Both the position numbers and the translations under genes were made by a program. Under the pieces are notes generated by a model. The model was not told the origin of the DNA. It saw only the letters and a program-made list of their open reading frames with translations, and did not search any database. Below are positions 11,385 through 23,741 of a DNA stretch of 64,000 nucleotides, one piece after another (positions within the stretch are counted from its first letter, which is position 1; every line of letters starts with the position of its first letter). Source of the DNA: Eukaryota sp. TZLM1-RC (Eukaryota > Protista > Metamonada: BaSk clade); assembly GCA_040285825.1 (NCBI GenBank), contig JAUPSS010000002.1, positions 744,001-808,000 of the forward strand. Reading direction: 5' to 3'.

Positions 11385-11690
11385 TTTATTCAAACAAAAT
11401 TATAAAAAAACTGAAAATCAACCTCCCCATACTCCACATCTATTACAGAAAACTTACCTACAGCTTTTTCTTCATAAAATTTTCCTAGTGATAACAACGA
11501 GCTAGAAACAAGACTATACATTCCCTTAAAAACAGAAAATACAATTGTGTTTTGCCAAAAGGTTCGGTCAAATATTTTTCGAGTTCTATTTTTGACAATA
11601 GATGAGAAATCGTCCAAGAAAGATTGGGCAGTTTTACCCAAGGTTCCAAATAAAGAAAAAGCAAAAGGACAAAGAATGTATCATGTGAGT
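11385..11690 (-). mobile_element. CRE-like non-LTR 3'-end fragment (different family)
   Basis: CPFAFSLFGTLGKTAQSFLDDF..FWQN.IVFS; related to the copies near 29.6 kb and 50 kb. Confidence 0.7.
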
Positions 11691-11801
11691 TGGAATTCAG
11701 ATTAATTTTCGCTTCTTTGGCTCTTCGTAAAGGTGAGACATTGACATTTCAAATAGTGAAAACCACAGATTTTTGTCCCCAAAAATCAAGCCAAAGTACT
11801 C

Positions 11802-12245
11802 ATGCTTTGGATTCTCGTTCTTAGCTCCACGTTCGCTGTTCTTTTACTTGCCTTCATAAATGACAGGGACTACGTTTTATCAAATCTTCCAGTCTGTTTT
11901 GTATCCATAGTCCTCATTACTTTCATGCTTTCTGGCTCATTGCATCGAGTATCTCTGTGTTCAACTCTAGTTTCGTCATTATTTCTTGCATCTTTGTGCT
12001 GTTTGTGTCAAGACAGACCTGAATCCTTTAACTTTACTTCTTTTCATTTATCTAGTCAGTCTTTGACGAATCAACCCCAGGTACTCATCACTTTGTTGTC
12101 TTCTTGGTTACTATCAGGGCTCTCCTTTATGGACTTTGTAGCTCCCTCTGTAGCTAATACGCCAATTCCGAATATGACTGGGGCATTGTTGGGATTTTGT
12201 TTGGGTCTTGCAGCTAACAAGCTAAAAAAGAAAAGTCAGGATTAA
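11802..12245 (+). CDS. Small multi-pass membrane protein, unknown function
   Basis: 147 aa, ATG start, 4-5 hydrophobic segments, basic C-terminal tail. Confidence 0.6.
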   Translation: MLWILVLSSTFAVLLLAFINDRDYVLSNLPVCFVSIVLITFMLSGSLHRVSLCSTLVSSLFLASLCCLCQDRPESFNFTSFHLSSQSLTNQPQVLITLLSSWLLSGLSFMDFVAPSVANTPIPNMTGALLGFCLGLAANKLKKKSQD

Positions 12246-12753
12246 TCAATAGTTTTCAATGAATTTTTCAATTCTTCAGTTTTCTATTAATCTATTAATG
12301 AAATTTCCTTGTTATTTACAATACTCAATTCTTTTATTTTTTCAATCAAAGTACCCAAACAAATGGTGCTTTTGTAGTTAAATTGAAAGAAATCAATTTT
12401 GTTCCGTGGAAATGCTTTTTCTTGTTCCTTTTGAAATTTGCGTCAGAAAACACCATAAAAATCACCATAAAAGATTAACCAATAAATTAATGTACTTTAA
12501 AGTTGAAACACTTGAACACACTGAATTTAAGCAATAATTTCAACACGGTGCAACATAGCAGACGAGAGCACGTGGTTAAGGGGGCCTGGTTTCGTGATTG
12601 CAAAACAAATGAAAATTACTAATATGTGTAGCAAAACATCAAGAAGTGACATAACACAGTTTATTGAAACTGTCTGTGAAACGGAAATGGGTGAGCATAG
12701 GATGAGGAGACTTAATATGACTGCTAAATAAACCCTAAAAGTAAGCAGCGAAG

Positions 12754-14873
12754 ATGTCTGCTGAACTCATGTTGAAACCGTACTCTTGGTCTACTTTTCT
12801 ACAGCGTGGCATCTCCTCGGATGGACATTTGGAAAGGAGAAAAGAAATTGCCGGCTTTTGACTCTGCATTTGATTACCCTCTCAGTCAAGATTCTGGTGG
12901 AATTCTTTCTACAGTGCGTTTCCCATACTATTATTCACCACAGATGTTTTACGAAGAAGGTTGTCTTTATGAAGGTGATGCTATTCTTGAAAACACTGAC
13001 GAACTCAAAACAGAAGAAGACACATTGTGTCACGTACGGTACAGAGGTCGTCGACCCTCTATAGTTGATAGGACCATACACTTCCCTACTTTACACTCCT
13101 CGCTTATTTCTCATGTTCTTCGCTTCTGCTGCACCTCAGCCACAGTTGGCTTAGCTGAAGCCAAGCGGATTGTAGAACAAACACCTCAACTATCAGCTCT
13201 TGACTTGTTGAAAACATCTACTTTTCTTGAAATTGATGAATTGACTATTTGCCTTTGTTCTGTTATTGCTCGTAAACCAAACTGTATGAAAAGTAGTACT
13301 GCTTACCCTAGTATGGTCAAAATTGTCTGATATTCCCTCCCATTTGTGTGAGGAGATTTTCATTCGAGCACCTATTGAGTATTTGGTTTACAATCCAGTA
13401 ATCACTGATAACTGGTGGCGTAAACTCAATCTTCGCAAGTTCAGAACCACTGACGTTGACCGCCCAGATGAACAGCGTACGTCCGCCTCCCCAGGATTAG
13501 CAAGCTGGTTGGCAGGATTTGATCATCAATTGGAAAGCCCTCATCAAGTTATAAGAAAGTATTTGAAAGACCAACATCAGAAGTTGGCCAAAGTTCATGG
13601 TGGCACTAGTGAAAGTGCTCCTAGTTTGGGATCAGAAAGCCCAATCAAAATTCCTTCTGGGGTTCATATTCATTCTCCTCACCCCAATATTGGGAAAACA
13701 CAACCCTCTGGACAGTTTTGGAAACATATCTTTCTTCAAAATGCAATTCAAGTCAATATCGCTGAAACAAGCGCCAATCTTACCCCACAATCCAGATCAC
13801 AACTCGCACATCTTATTAACCACTCTAAAGGTGTCACTGAGTTGGTTATTCGAAGTGCAAGTAGTGATGTAGTTGCATCAGCTTTGACTTATGGCTTTTT
13901 GTGCAATTCATTCTCATCTCTTGAATCATTAGATTTATCCAAAGTAGGCCTTGATGGTAAGGCTGCCTTGTCTATTGCTGCTGCTTTGGAAGGAAATACT
14001 TCTTTATTGAGATTAAATTTGGGAAACAACAAATTAAAGAATGAAGGATCCCAAGCAATTTGTAAAATAATTCAAACTACTCGAATAAAGACTCTACATT
14101 TAGAGCATAATGGTTTAGGAGTTCAGGCTGGCTTGGAAATAGGTCTTGTTTTGGAAAAGAACAAGTACTTGACAAAGTTGGCGCTTGGATACAACCAACT
14201 GCGCTCTAGGGGTGTTGCAGCGATTGCCAACGCCCTTAAAATCAACAAGACTCTGACTGCTTTGGACGTTGCTAACTGCTACATTGGTAATGAAGGAGCC
14301 ATAGCCTTGGCTGAAATGATTCGTTCCAATTCTACACTTCAGTTATTGAGAGCATGGGACTCTTCCATGGGTCGTGAAGGAGGACATGCTGTTGCTATGG
14401 CTGTGGCTGAAAACCATTCCTTGTTAGACGTGGGAATTGGTTATTCAAGTCTTTCTAACGAAGATCGAGAAGTAATTTCTGCTTCTTTGAGTCGGAATAA
14501 TTCAAGAACTTCGTCTGGTGGAGATTTGATACCAGCTCCAAGACCTCCTACTGATGACCAGTATGCCGATCGTAGAAAACATGAGAGAGATCTACTTTAT
14601 GGTGCAGATACGGTTTTCAGTTCTCAATGGTATCTAATTGATGAAACATGGCTCTCGAAATGGAGGTCTTTTGTGGCACGAGATTCAAGAGATCCTCCTC
14701 CTGGTCCTATTAGTAATGATCGTCTCGTTGATGAGGAAGGAATGCCAAGAGAAGGATTGAGGAAGTTGTATGATTATCGAGGAGTTTCTCCCCAAGTTTA
14801 TCGTTTATTTAGCGATTTATATGGTGGGGGTCCTGAAATTGTTCGTAGTGTAATTGACCTTTATGCTATTTAA
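12754..14873 (+). CDS. RNI-type LRR protein with a C-terminal DUSP domain; 3 exons (introns 12780-12804 and 13284-13311)
   Basis: Removing two GT-AG introns (25 and 28 nt) joins MSAELMLKP|VASPR and RKPN|LWSKLSDIP in frame. LxxLxLxxN repeats; DUSP motif WYLI..WL.KW..FV..PPGPISN..DY..V..LYGGGPEI. Confidence 0.85.
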
Positions 14874-15418
14874 TGTTTTTTGTTTTAATTAGGTTTTTGT
14901 AAATATTTTGTATTTTAAATATCTTTAATGAAAATACTATTTTCAAAATAGTATACAGTTCACAATCAAAACAAACAATTACTTAGCTCTTAATTAATTT
15001 AGTAATTTAATTACTGTTGATATCTTCTATCAAAGGGAGCTCATCCATTAATGTGATCAAATTTCTGATTGTTGCCCAATCCATTATTTCGTGAACTTCG
15101 TGAATGGGTTTAAAATGATTGATTTTTTAAAATGATTGATTTTTTTAAAATGATGCTTTTACAATCTTGAATTCAAATAGCCGTTAGTAGGGCTGAGAAT
15201 GAAAGAGGTGTGAGAGGACAAGCGAAATAAACCTCAGTAATTTTGCAAACTTTGGAAACCCTCAATGGATTATAATCTTTTTGATGAGGGTTCTCGAAAA
15301 ACTTAGAGTGATATTTACATTACATTTGCAGAAATGTCAACGAGGTTAAGTTGCCGCGAAATGATGATGTTAAACAGCGTGTTGCAGATTTCTTCACAGA
15401 AAAGCTAAACAGTGTAAG

Positions 15419-15952
15419 ATGAGGAAAGTAAATTTGCCTGCTCTTCTTGGTATGGTGGACACACCAGTCATCATCTTAATCAGAGATAGTTTTAGTCAGA
15501 CGTGGATCAAGCAATCTTCCACAGGCAAAGTAACAGTTGATACATCTTCTCGTCGAATAACCGTTACCTCCAATGGTAATATCTTTTTCCAAGGATCTCT
15601 CGACAAGTCAATTTCAATACGACAGAGTGGTGATACCTTGTATCTGCGCTCCACTGCTGCTCAATCTAAGGTTACTTTTGGTATGGTATTCCGAAGCCTC
15701 ACTGAATTGAAAAACATCAGAAATTACCTCACTGAGTTGATCAGGATTAAGAACATGACGCCTGATGACTTTACCAGAGATTCACAATCGGCAGTAATCA
15801 ACTCAAGTTCTACAATGAAAGCTATTGACACTGCTACTTTAAATGATACTTCTATGGAGGAATCAATTCGTTCTCTACTTTTAGATCCATTGTTCCCCTC
15901 CTTTTGCCTGAAAGTCAGTGCAGCTTATAATAATATTGTCACAAAAAAATAA
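15419..15952 (+). CDS. Candidate meiotic REC114-like protein (PH-like N-terminus plus conserved C-terminal helix)
   Basis: C-terminal IRSLLLDPLFPSFCLKV resembles the REC114 L..DxxFPxFV..V motif. ISIRQSGDTLYL..KVTFGMVF resembles the PH-core motifs. Confidence 0.5.
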   Translation: MRKVNLPALLGMVDTPVIILIRDSFSQTWIKQSSTGKVTVDTSSRRITVTSNGNIFFQGSLDKSISIRQSGDTLYLRSTAAQSKVTFGMVFRSLTELKNIRNYLTELIRIKNMTPDDFTRDSQSAVINSSSTMKAIDTATLNDTSMEESIRSLLLDPLFPSFCLKVSAAYNNIVTKK

Positions 15953-16429
15953 CTCTGATTACTTTAATGTTTCATATAGTAGATGTGTACTGAAACACCT
16001 TCTTTTTGTTCACAATGAATCCACATCTAATCTGTACAGTATGTTCAATATTAAGTTTTTGCCATAGTTTATATAAATAGTCAAGTAATTTTGTGCTTTG
16101 TATTAGTGTTAGTTTTACCGTTTCATCAACAATTTTGAAATCAAGGTGAAAGTAAAACTTTGAACTCTACTTGATGAGACTCAAACTAAAGTAAGGTCGA
16201 ACTTGAGTAATTCTTCTGTTGAACAAACTTATAAACAACCTGAATAGAAGGTAGTTTCTTTCAATGTTTGTTTCATATGTCAAAATCTAGGATTAATATT
16301 AATTTGTTAGTGTAGTCTTGACAAATTAGTGCAATTGTATATCTAAAAGGGGCTTCGAGTTCAACTGGACTTGGAGTACTTTTGTTTTGTTTCAGTTGAG
16401 ATTTTGGAAATTTTTGATGAAGAGAATTA

Positions 16430-19140
16430 TTTTTTTTAACTGAAATATTTATTGAGATAAGAAAAATCTATCTAGAATTCAATATCCTCCAAACAAGCGT
16501 CACTATTACTAAACCTACTCACAGCATTACGTTCATAATCTACACCGACAGCTAAAAGTGCCTTGGAAATCATTGTAGGAATAGACTTGAAAATGCAAAA
16601 AACAATTCTATTTAACCAGAAAGTGGAGTTCATTGTTTTACCAGACCTATTCAGTAACACTTTTTGAAATTTTCAAAAAAGTGCAACCCTGAAGGTCCAA
16701 TATTGCCAAAAAGAGAAATTGCAAACGGCACAAACTGATATTTCACATGTTCCACTCTACCTAACTGTGCCAAAGGTTCTTTATATTTTTTTTCTTCTTC
16801 GGCGTTAGATAACGGAGAATCAGCGGAATACACTAATCGAGTAGCAGAATTTTTGCAAACATCAACCGAGACAACATCCACAACATTGAGAACACCATCG
16901 ATCCCTGGAGCTACTAAATCTGCCCTTCTTTTACCAAAGAAATGATCAGTTTGATCTGAAGACAGCTTACGTACTAATGGCTCAATAAATGCCTCTATAT
17001 TGAAACTGTTGCACATGGCATATAATTGATCACGAACTGAGTCATGAACAATTGAGCGATAAGTTATAAAATACTTACAGTTTAAAATATGGGAAAGCGT
17101 AACAACACTCTTGCAGCGACAAATTAAATCATTTGGTAAAGAACAAGGCCATAGAAAACATCTCATTCTCATTGCAGTGGTCCATTGGTGATCATTAAGT
17201 AGAAGGCCATAAATGTTGGGAATTTGGGAGATTAGGCAACTTGAGCAACTCTCTTCAAGATCAATCAAAAAGTTTGCAAAAACGGGTTTTTTTTCCTTAG
17301 CCAAACTAAGACGTACAATATAATCCAAGTTTTCTAAAACTTTCAAGATTTTTTTTGTGCAATTTTGCAAAAGTCAGTGGTAAGGAGAGCAAGCTTCTTG
17401 AAGGAAGTTCCACAATATCAGAGGGGAAACATTTAGCCCAAATATTGGGTGAAAGAGTTTCAATTTCCTGTTGCAAAGAATTAAGATAAGAGCTGCCACA
17501 ATTTTCAATGAAATCAATTTTTTCAGGAAAACGATTTACAAATTCATAATTAAAATTTGGGTCAGGGACACACCTACCCACTTTTTTGAAAAGTGAAACA
17601 CACCTACCCACTGCTGAATTTTTTGGTACTTCTGTACCCAATTGTTTTAAGGAAACTTATCCATCCCGATTTGTTTGATGATGTAATCATGTTTGTGTTT
17701 CTTAATTACTTGGTACGTTCACCAAACTCATCTCAAACATCAAATAAACCGTTTATGGACATGTTAAGCATACGATAAACCTCCCTAAGGTCCAGTTGTC
17801 TTTGTTTTCGGTCGACACTACTGCAAAGGCCAGTGGAAACAAATGGCCCTCTGCATCAATGGACGTGGATGTCAACAACACTTGTATATGTTTGGTTTTC
17901 AAGTGCGTCCCATCCAGAAGAACCATTGAACGACAAAATGCAAATCCCTTGATTGTACCTTGCAGCGCTATGAACAGTCGTCTAAAGGTGTCAGTTGTAT
18001 CCTTTTCAAGATCAATAACACTTCCGGGGTTTCTTTGACTTAAAAGTTCCAAATAGTGGTCAAGTTTTTTGTAGCTTGATTCTTCAGTTCCATAAAGACT
18101 GGTTTTAATCATGTGCCGTACCCGCTTAACAGTGTGATTGGGAAGTATAAATCCAGCCGCTGTGTTTAAATCCACTTTCAAATACTTGGAGCTGATGGCA
18201 GGATCCTTTTGGATTTTTGTACGAATGGATGTCAAAGAGGCAAGGTAATCAGCGGAAGGAGGAAGAATCTTGTAGGAAGAAGTTAGATTACCATCACAGG
18301 AATGAGCTTTATACCGCTTAACCTCATAAGGAGTTGTTGTAGAAGCGGATTTAGGTCGTGTAGCATAGCATTCAAACGTACATCTTTTATTTTTGCAACG
18401 AGCATAAATTCTGGTATGTTCAGACTTTTTGTAGACACAATAGGCACTGCTCTGGACACAATCTAGCCGAATCAGTTCCTTTATGATTTCCATCGAAGCC
18501 AGGGAACCGATTTTCAAGAGATAATCGGTGTCATTATGTTTGAGAGTTATAGTTGATTCAGCAACAACGGAAGAGGTTGTTGTCATGTCCAATCTGCAAA
18601 GAAGTCCTATCAGTAAAAAAGTGGGTAGATGTGTTCACTTTATTGTGGTGGGTAGACGTGTTCCACTTTTTGCAAAAATGGGTAGATGTGTACTTTTCCC
18701 TTAAAATTTTTACCACCTCCAATGAAGGCAGCTTTACAAAGGTGGCTTGATTTATGAAAATCAACACCTCCAAAATTTGTACCACAAAAAATGTGACTTC
18801 GTAACTGAGATGCATCAATTTTTAATAATTTTGCTAAAAAATTGGTTCTTTGCTCATTAAAAATTCGACAAAACTCCAAAGAAATTGATGGTGATGTTGA
18901 TCTCAAAATATGAGTAAATTTTCCAGAATAACAAATTTTTAGGAAAAAGAATTTCAAATGTTTCTCAATATTTAAATTTTCTATTGATTCTAATTCATTT
19001 CCAAATTGAGTCAACAGAGTCGAAAGTTGGCCTTTGACTTCTTCAATTTTTCCGAGATAACAACCCAAAAAACGAAAACCAGACTGATCATAATTGATAA
19101 AGGGGACATTGATATCATTAATGAAAAAATCAATTGAGAG
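16430..19140 (-). mobile_element. CRE-like non-LTR retrotransposon copy A (end of RT, thumb, CCHC-RLE, A-tail), 5'-truncated and interrupted by a MULE
   Basis: GFRFLGCYLG (RT domain 7); the frame GGGKNF|NYEFVNRF rejoins when the MULE is removed. The RLE has frameshifts and is nearly identical to 23742-24809. Confidence 0.9.
17559..18700 (-). mobile_element. Internally deleted MULE/Mutator element with imperfect TIRs and a 9-bp TSD (TTAAAATTT)
   Basis: TSD at 17550-17558 and 18701-18709; GGG...CCC termini with repeated ctacccac motifs. ORF 17753-18592 has LLDGTHL and DAEGHLFPLAFAVV..E..DNW, then truncates. Confidence 0.92.
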
Positions 19141-19687
19141 AATTAAGGTGAAGAAGAATTTCAGTTTATGTTTTTCAGTACATCTTTCGAAGCTTTGCTA
19201 CGCACGTCATGCGTTTTACAAGTCAAAGAAGGTGTTAGATCTTCAAGCATAAACGACGGTTCATCCACTAATGGACTGATACCGATGATCGCTTTGAAAC
19301 ACTCTTATCCAAACAAAAGTTATGGTCTTTGTGTTATCTTACTGGTGTAGTCGCTGCAACACTGTCCTTTGCTACTGATGTTATACATTAGTTATTACCT
19401 TGTAATGACAGTAATGGCAGAGGATGTTGCTGTGACACATTGTACAATTGTCCAGTTTGCTAAGTGACACTGTTAGGTGGTCGTATTTTCAACCGTTGAG
19501 ATTTACACAGGAGTTGTCAACACTACAACAGTTGTGGTTTTATTAAACAATCTTGAGTGATAATTGTACCAACTCACAGTCTCATATCATTGTCACCATT
19601 ATCCACAAAAATCTTAACAATCTATACAAAAAAGCAAAAGAGCTCAAAATTACCTGTGTAGCCAATGTACCAAAATGAACATAGAAG

Positions 19688-19883
19688 TTAACTGGAGGAT
19701 TTCTGAAGTTCCCTCACCACAGCCGCCAAAGCTTCTGGATTAACACCATCATCACAAAGCTTAACCAATATCTCTAGAGTAGAGCGTTCTAAGTTACAAT
19801 TTAACAACTTTGATAAGTCTTCCAGAACTGCAGTAAGAGTGGAGTATCCCAAGCATACTGTCCAGGTCAGAGGAAGAATCCAT
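19688..19883 (-). CDS. MZT1: Mitotic-spindle organizing protein 1 (MOZART1); 31-nt intron at 19828-19858
   Basis: Spliced product MDSSSDLDILEDLSKLLNCNLERSTLEILVKLCDDGVNPEALAAVVRELQKSSS. Missed by the ORF track. Confidence 0.92.
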
Positions 19884-19940
19884 TATAGAAGATTGGCGAA
19901 GTTCGAGATAAATTAGGATTTATTTGTTGTTCTTGATTGT

Positions 19941-20506
19941 ATGGGACTTTTGTCACTACTTCGTCGCTTAAGACGGTCTGAAAAAGAACTCCGCATTCTT
20001 CTTCTTGGTCTTGATAATGCTGGGAAAACAACTATTCTCTCTCGTCTTGCTGATGATGATATTACTCACATTATGCCCACACAAGGCTTCAACATCAAAT
20101 CAATAGCCAAGGATAATTTCCGACTAAATATGTGGGATATAGGGGGTTTGTCTTTATCTTACTAACTTAAGGCCAAAAGGCTATTCGAGGTTACTGGAAA
20201 AACTACTGTGAGAACACTGATGGACTAATCTTTGTTGTTGATTCTTCAGACCGCCGCCGACTAGACGAATGTGCTCATGAACTCAGTTTCCTTTTGGATG
20301 AAGAGCATCTTCATCAAGTTCCTACCCTAGTCTTTGCCAATAAGCAAGATTTGTCTCATGCAGCCCCGGCATCCCAAATAGCTGATACACTTGGGTTACA
20401 CACAATCAAAACAAGAGCTTGGCATATTGAAGCTTGTTCTGCGAAAGAAGGATCAGGTTTAGAATCTGGGATTAATTGGTTATTAAATGTTATTGGTCGA
20501 AAATAG
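19941..20506 (+). CDS. ARL3: ADP-ribosylation factor-like 3; 26-nt intron at 20146-20171
   Basis: [31 protein letters not shown]|GQKAIR (after splicing), FANKQD, CSA. Confidence 0.95.
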
Positions 20507-20585
20507 TCTAATAATAAATTAATGTATTTTATTGTCTATTCAATTACGACTGAAAGATTTGGAAAAAATTAAAAGCAAATAAAGT

Positions 20586-22880
20586 TTACCTCAAAACAAA
20601 ATCCATAGTGTCAGATACACCACTCTCAGCCACTATTATATCCTTTCGCTCTCCACAATGCTTAGATACAAGCTCTCCGAATCTCGCTAAGGTGAATAAC
20701 CTAAACCATTCCAATCCCCCAGCCTGGTTACACTGTCTAGCAAGGTCAAGAATAGAATCGCCTGTTTCCTCAGAGTTATCAGCAACCTTGTCACACGCTT
20801 CCATCGCTACATTTAATGAGCAAGCTAGCACATCAAAAGGCCCCCCTTCACGATCAGGATTGTCCTCAGTGGAAAATAATAAATCTAGAGATTCATAGAG
20901 CTCAATCATTAGAATACACATTGACATTGAAGAAGGAAAAAGTAGTGGGCGTGTACAAGATTTTTCGCTTTCTTCAGAAAGAGAATTAGGAAAACAATAA
21001 GAAAGAATAGATTTTAAGGAAATAATTCCTAATTTCTGCAAATGATTCAAAGTAATGATACATCGTTGAGGACGAACTTTCCAAAATGAAACTACAATGG
21101 AAACGACAAGCTCCTGTTCAATATCAGTATTAATTAATTCTTTAAAAGCAGTTCCATAGAAGGTGTTATAAGCTCCAGAAAAAGAAATTGAAGGGATTCC
21201 CGCATTCAAAAGTGCATAGAAATTGACTTTAATTCTCTCTTTTAAATCTAAATCACTAGTTAATTTCAGGACATCTTCAGGACTATCTTGGGTGGTTATC
21301 TTATTAAACACTTGGGAATAAATATCAAAATAAACATAATTGGAAGTTGCACAAGGGTTATCAAACCCCTCACTGATTGGATTCTTTCCTAATTCAGAAA
21401 ATTGAGGAATATCAGCAGGTAAAACAAAAAGCCAATCTGATGGCAATTCTTGAGCCAACCGATCTCTATAAGAGAGCTCTACGCACTTATTCAAGATATA
21501 ACCAATCACAAGTTTTGCCGGCACACACTCAGGTTGATCCAGCAGTTCATCAAATGCATTCCACGGCCATTTCCAAGCAAAATTACTCAAATGGTGAGCA
21601 AACCAATTGCAAAACCTAATAAAAGAGAAAGCCTTTAAACTACTAGCTTCCTTGATCAACCCTGCCATCAGTGGACCTAAACAAGGAGCAAATCTAGGGG
21701 TACTTCTACACAAACCGCTCAAAACAAAGAAATAGTGGAGAGAATGGAGCTGAAATGGGTGCTTTAGTGACAGCAATCCAGTGAAGCAAACTTGAATAAC
21801 CATTCTATAATAACTAGAAGGTTCAACAGAACTTCCGATTAACAGCAACAAATCACGAATACCAGATAAAAACTTTGAAGGCTGCTCCTCCCAGGCAAGA
21901 CAAGATTCAGTAAGTAATTGAGAAATGTAAAGGAAACTTGCATCAATTTCATCCTCTAATTTAAAAGTGAAAAAACAAGAAGGAACTGATTCGCCAACCG
22001 ACAACACACAGGGAATCTCAACCAAAGTAAAAGCTACTTGGTCATCTGATCTTGGCTTCTCGGTCTGGGTGGGAGGTAGGGTGAACAAGTAAAAAGGCTG
22101 TGGTGGAGTAGAGTCTTGATCATCCCAGTCAATGAAGAGGGAAGGGAGGTGTGCGAGAAGAAGAGAAACTAGGGACGAAGAGTCGCTGGTAAAAGGGGAA
22201 AGTATTTCAGTTTCCGCCATCAACACGTCAACAAGGTCAGAAATTACAGGACTTTGTTCAGAAGGCAAAAAAATTGATGTTATAGTAGTTAAGTGGTCTT
22301 TCAAATGATCTTGATCCCTAGAAGAAAACAGAGCAGGTAGCACCCATGGAAGGGAGACAAGAATAGATTCAAGAAGGGATCCACGTCGGGAAGCGGGCTG
22401 TGAGGGATCTAGAACGAAGGATGAAAGTTTCGAGTAGACGAGAATAATGTCGTCGTACTGAATCAAGGATTCAGTGGAAAGACAAGCAGCGAAGCGAAGA
22501 AGGGAGGGAAGAGCCGCTACTCCAGGGACTCGGCCGTCCAGTGAGTACTGAATTTGTGAATGAAGTGTTTCAAGAAGAGTGGCAGTAAACAAAGGACCTG
22601 GATGATGAAGGGTAGAAATAAAGTGAGTGAGACGAGCGTAAACAGGACACTTCCAAGGAAAACCACGAATTGCTTCAAGTAGGGAGATAGTGACTTGGGG
22701 AATCAAAGACTCATTGCTGATGAGTATGTTGACAATGAAAGAAGCATCCTGATGTGCTTGAAGGTCTATGGAGTGTGCTGGTTTGGCTTCACCTATCGAA
22801 ACAATACGTTTTAGTAAACTTGTAAGAGGATCATCTGGTTCTTCTATCCGTCTCCGTTTAGAATAAGGTCGACGATGCAT
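20586..22880 (-). CDS. NCBP1: Nuclear cap-binding protein subunit 1 (CBP80)
   Basis: N-terminal basic NLS, PWKCPVYA, RFCNWFAHHLSNFAWKWPW, LSYRDRL. Confidence 0.92.
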   Translation of the reverse strand: MHRRPYSKRRRIEEPDDPLTSLLKRIVSIGEAKPAHSIDLQAHQDASFIVNILISNESLIPQVTISLLEAIRGFPWKCPVYARLTHFISTLHHPGPLFTATLLETLHSQIQYSLDGRVPGVAALPSLLRFAACLSTESLIQYDDIILVYSKLSSFVLDPSQPASRRGSLLESILVSLPWVLPALFSSRDQDHLKDHLTTITSIFLPSEQSPVISDLVDVLMAETEILSPFTSDSSSLVSLLLAHLPSLFIDWDDQDSTPPQPFYLFTLPPTQTEKPRSDDQVAFTLVEIPCVLSVGESVPSCFFTFKLEDEIDASFLYISQLLTESCLAWEEQPSKFLSGIRDLLLLIGSSVEPSSYYRMVIQVCFTGLLSLKHPFQLHSLHYFFVLSGLCRSTPRFAPCLGPLMAGLIKEASSLKAFSFIRFCNWFAHHLSNFAWKWPWNAFDELLDQPECVPAKLVIGYILNKCVELSYRDRLAQELPSDWLFVLPADIPQFSELGKNPISEGFDNPCATSNYVYFDIYSQVFNKITTQDSPEDVLKLTSDLDLKERIKVNFYALLNAGIPSISFSGAYNTFYGTAFKELINTDIEQELVVSIVVSFWKVRPQRCIITLNHLQKLGIISLKSILSYCFPNSLSEESEKSCTRPLLFPSSMSMCILMIELYESLDLLFSTEDNPDREGGPFDVLACSLNVAMEACDKVADNSEETGDSILDLARQCNQAGGLEWFRLFTLARFGELVSKHCGERKDIIVAESGVSDTMDFVLR

Positions 22881-23149
22881 GAGCTGGAAATGTCTAGAAG
22901 GAAGTGGTAATGAAAGACCTCAGTATCTGTGTAGTAGATAGTTTTTGTAATTATTGTGCAAAAAAATTGATCGTGAATTTATGGGAATTACCCACATTAC
23001 AAAATTCCCTCAAAAAATCAACCTCGACAACTGCTTGGTTTTGTTGAAGATTGTCCATGGAGAAGAAGTTGATAAAGACTTGTGTATTGAAGGAAATACC
23101 ATTATGCAATTCATTCTGTTCTTCAGCAAAAATTAATTAACAACAAGAT

Positions 23150-23256
23150 TTTATTTTTTGATTTTTTTGTTTAGTTTCAGTTTTTCCGTTCAAAAACCCA
23201 AACCAAAACTAAAACCGAACCGAAAAACCAATAACGAAAAACCATTTACACCCCTA
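23150..23256. mobile_element. Probable hAT element terminus
   Basis: Clustered AAACC/AACCGAA subterminal repeats ending in TACACCCCTA (reverse complement TAGGGGTGTA). Confidence 0.5.
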
Positions 23257-23524
23257 GGAATTTCCCATTAGAAATATTCGTGTCATATTAGAAACAGCGA
23301 CCCTAACAGCATTACGCAATAAACAACTCTAAGTTATCGATTGAGAACAATTTAAAACATGACGTATAGGCGAGATGTGACGAATTAGAACAAATACATG
23401 TTTCTTTTAATTTGAAGTTGAACAATTGGGGTATGAAGATATAGAATTTTAAGTTTGTGGTTTAGTTTTTCATTTTTATGAATTAATAAAAAAAGATTTA
23501 TTTAAAAAAATTATAAATAAATTG

Positions 23525-23732
23525 GAATAGTCATCTATAATTTGATTTTGTTACAAACGCTTCAATATTAGCAGAAAGGGCAAACCTTTGTGGCACAATG
23601 TTCAATAACAATGAATAATCTTGATCTGAAACAGCGGAGCTGCATATAATTTTGAAAAAATCATCTTCATACATTTTAGTTATTCGTTTTGGTAATGTCC
23701 GTGTAAAATTTATGATTACTTTCATTAGTGTC
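23525..23732 (-). mobile_element. Decayed CRE-like fragment, related to 28390-29000
   Basis: KRITKMYEDDFFKIICSSAV..LLNIVPQRFAL aligns by eye with 28500-28700. Confidence 0.6.
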
Positions 23733-23741
23733 AATAATTCT

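Noticed and set aside
11700-12720. Possible snRNA or tRNA in intergenic DNA (tcgcttctttggc near 11709; GC-richer patch at 12545-12600)
   Set aside because: No U2 branch-pairing or Sm site and no cloverleaf could be drawn; an Infernal search would be needed.
17565-18700. Spaced ctacccac repeats (also the TGAC repeats at 62960-63075) as a CRISPR-like array
   Set aside because: Explained as transposon terminal or subterminal repeats; there are no regular unique spacers.
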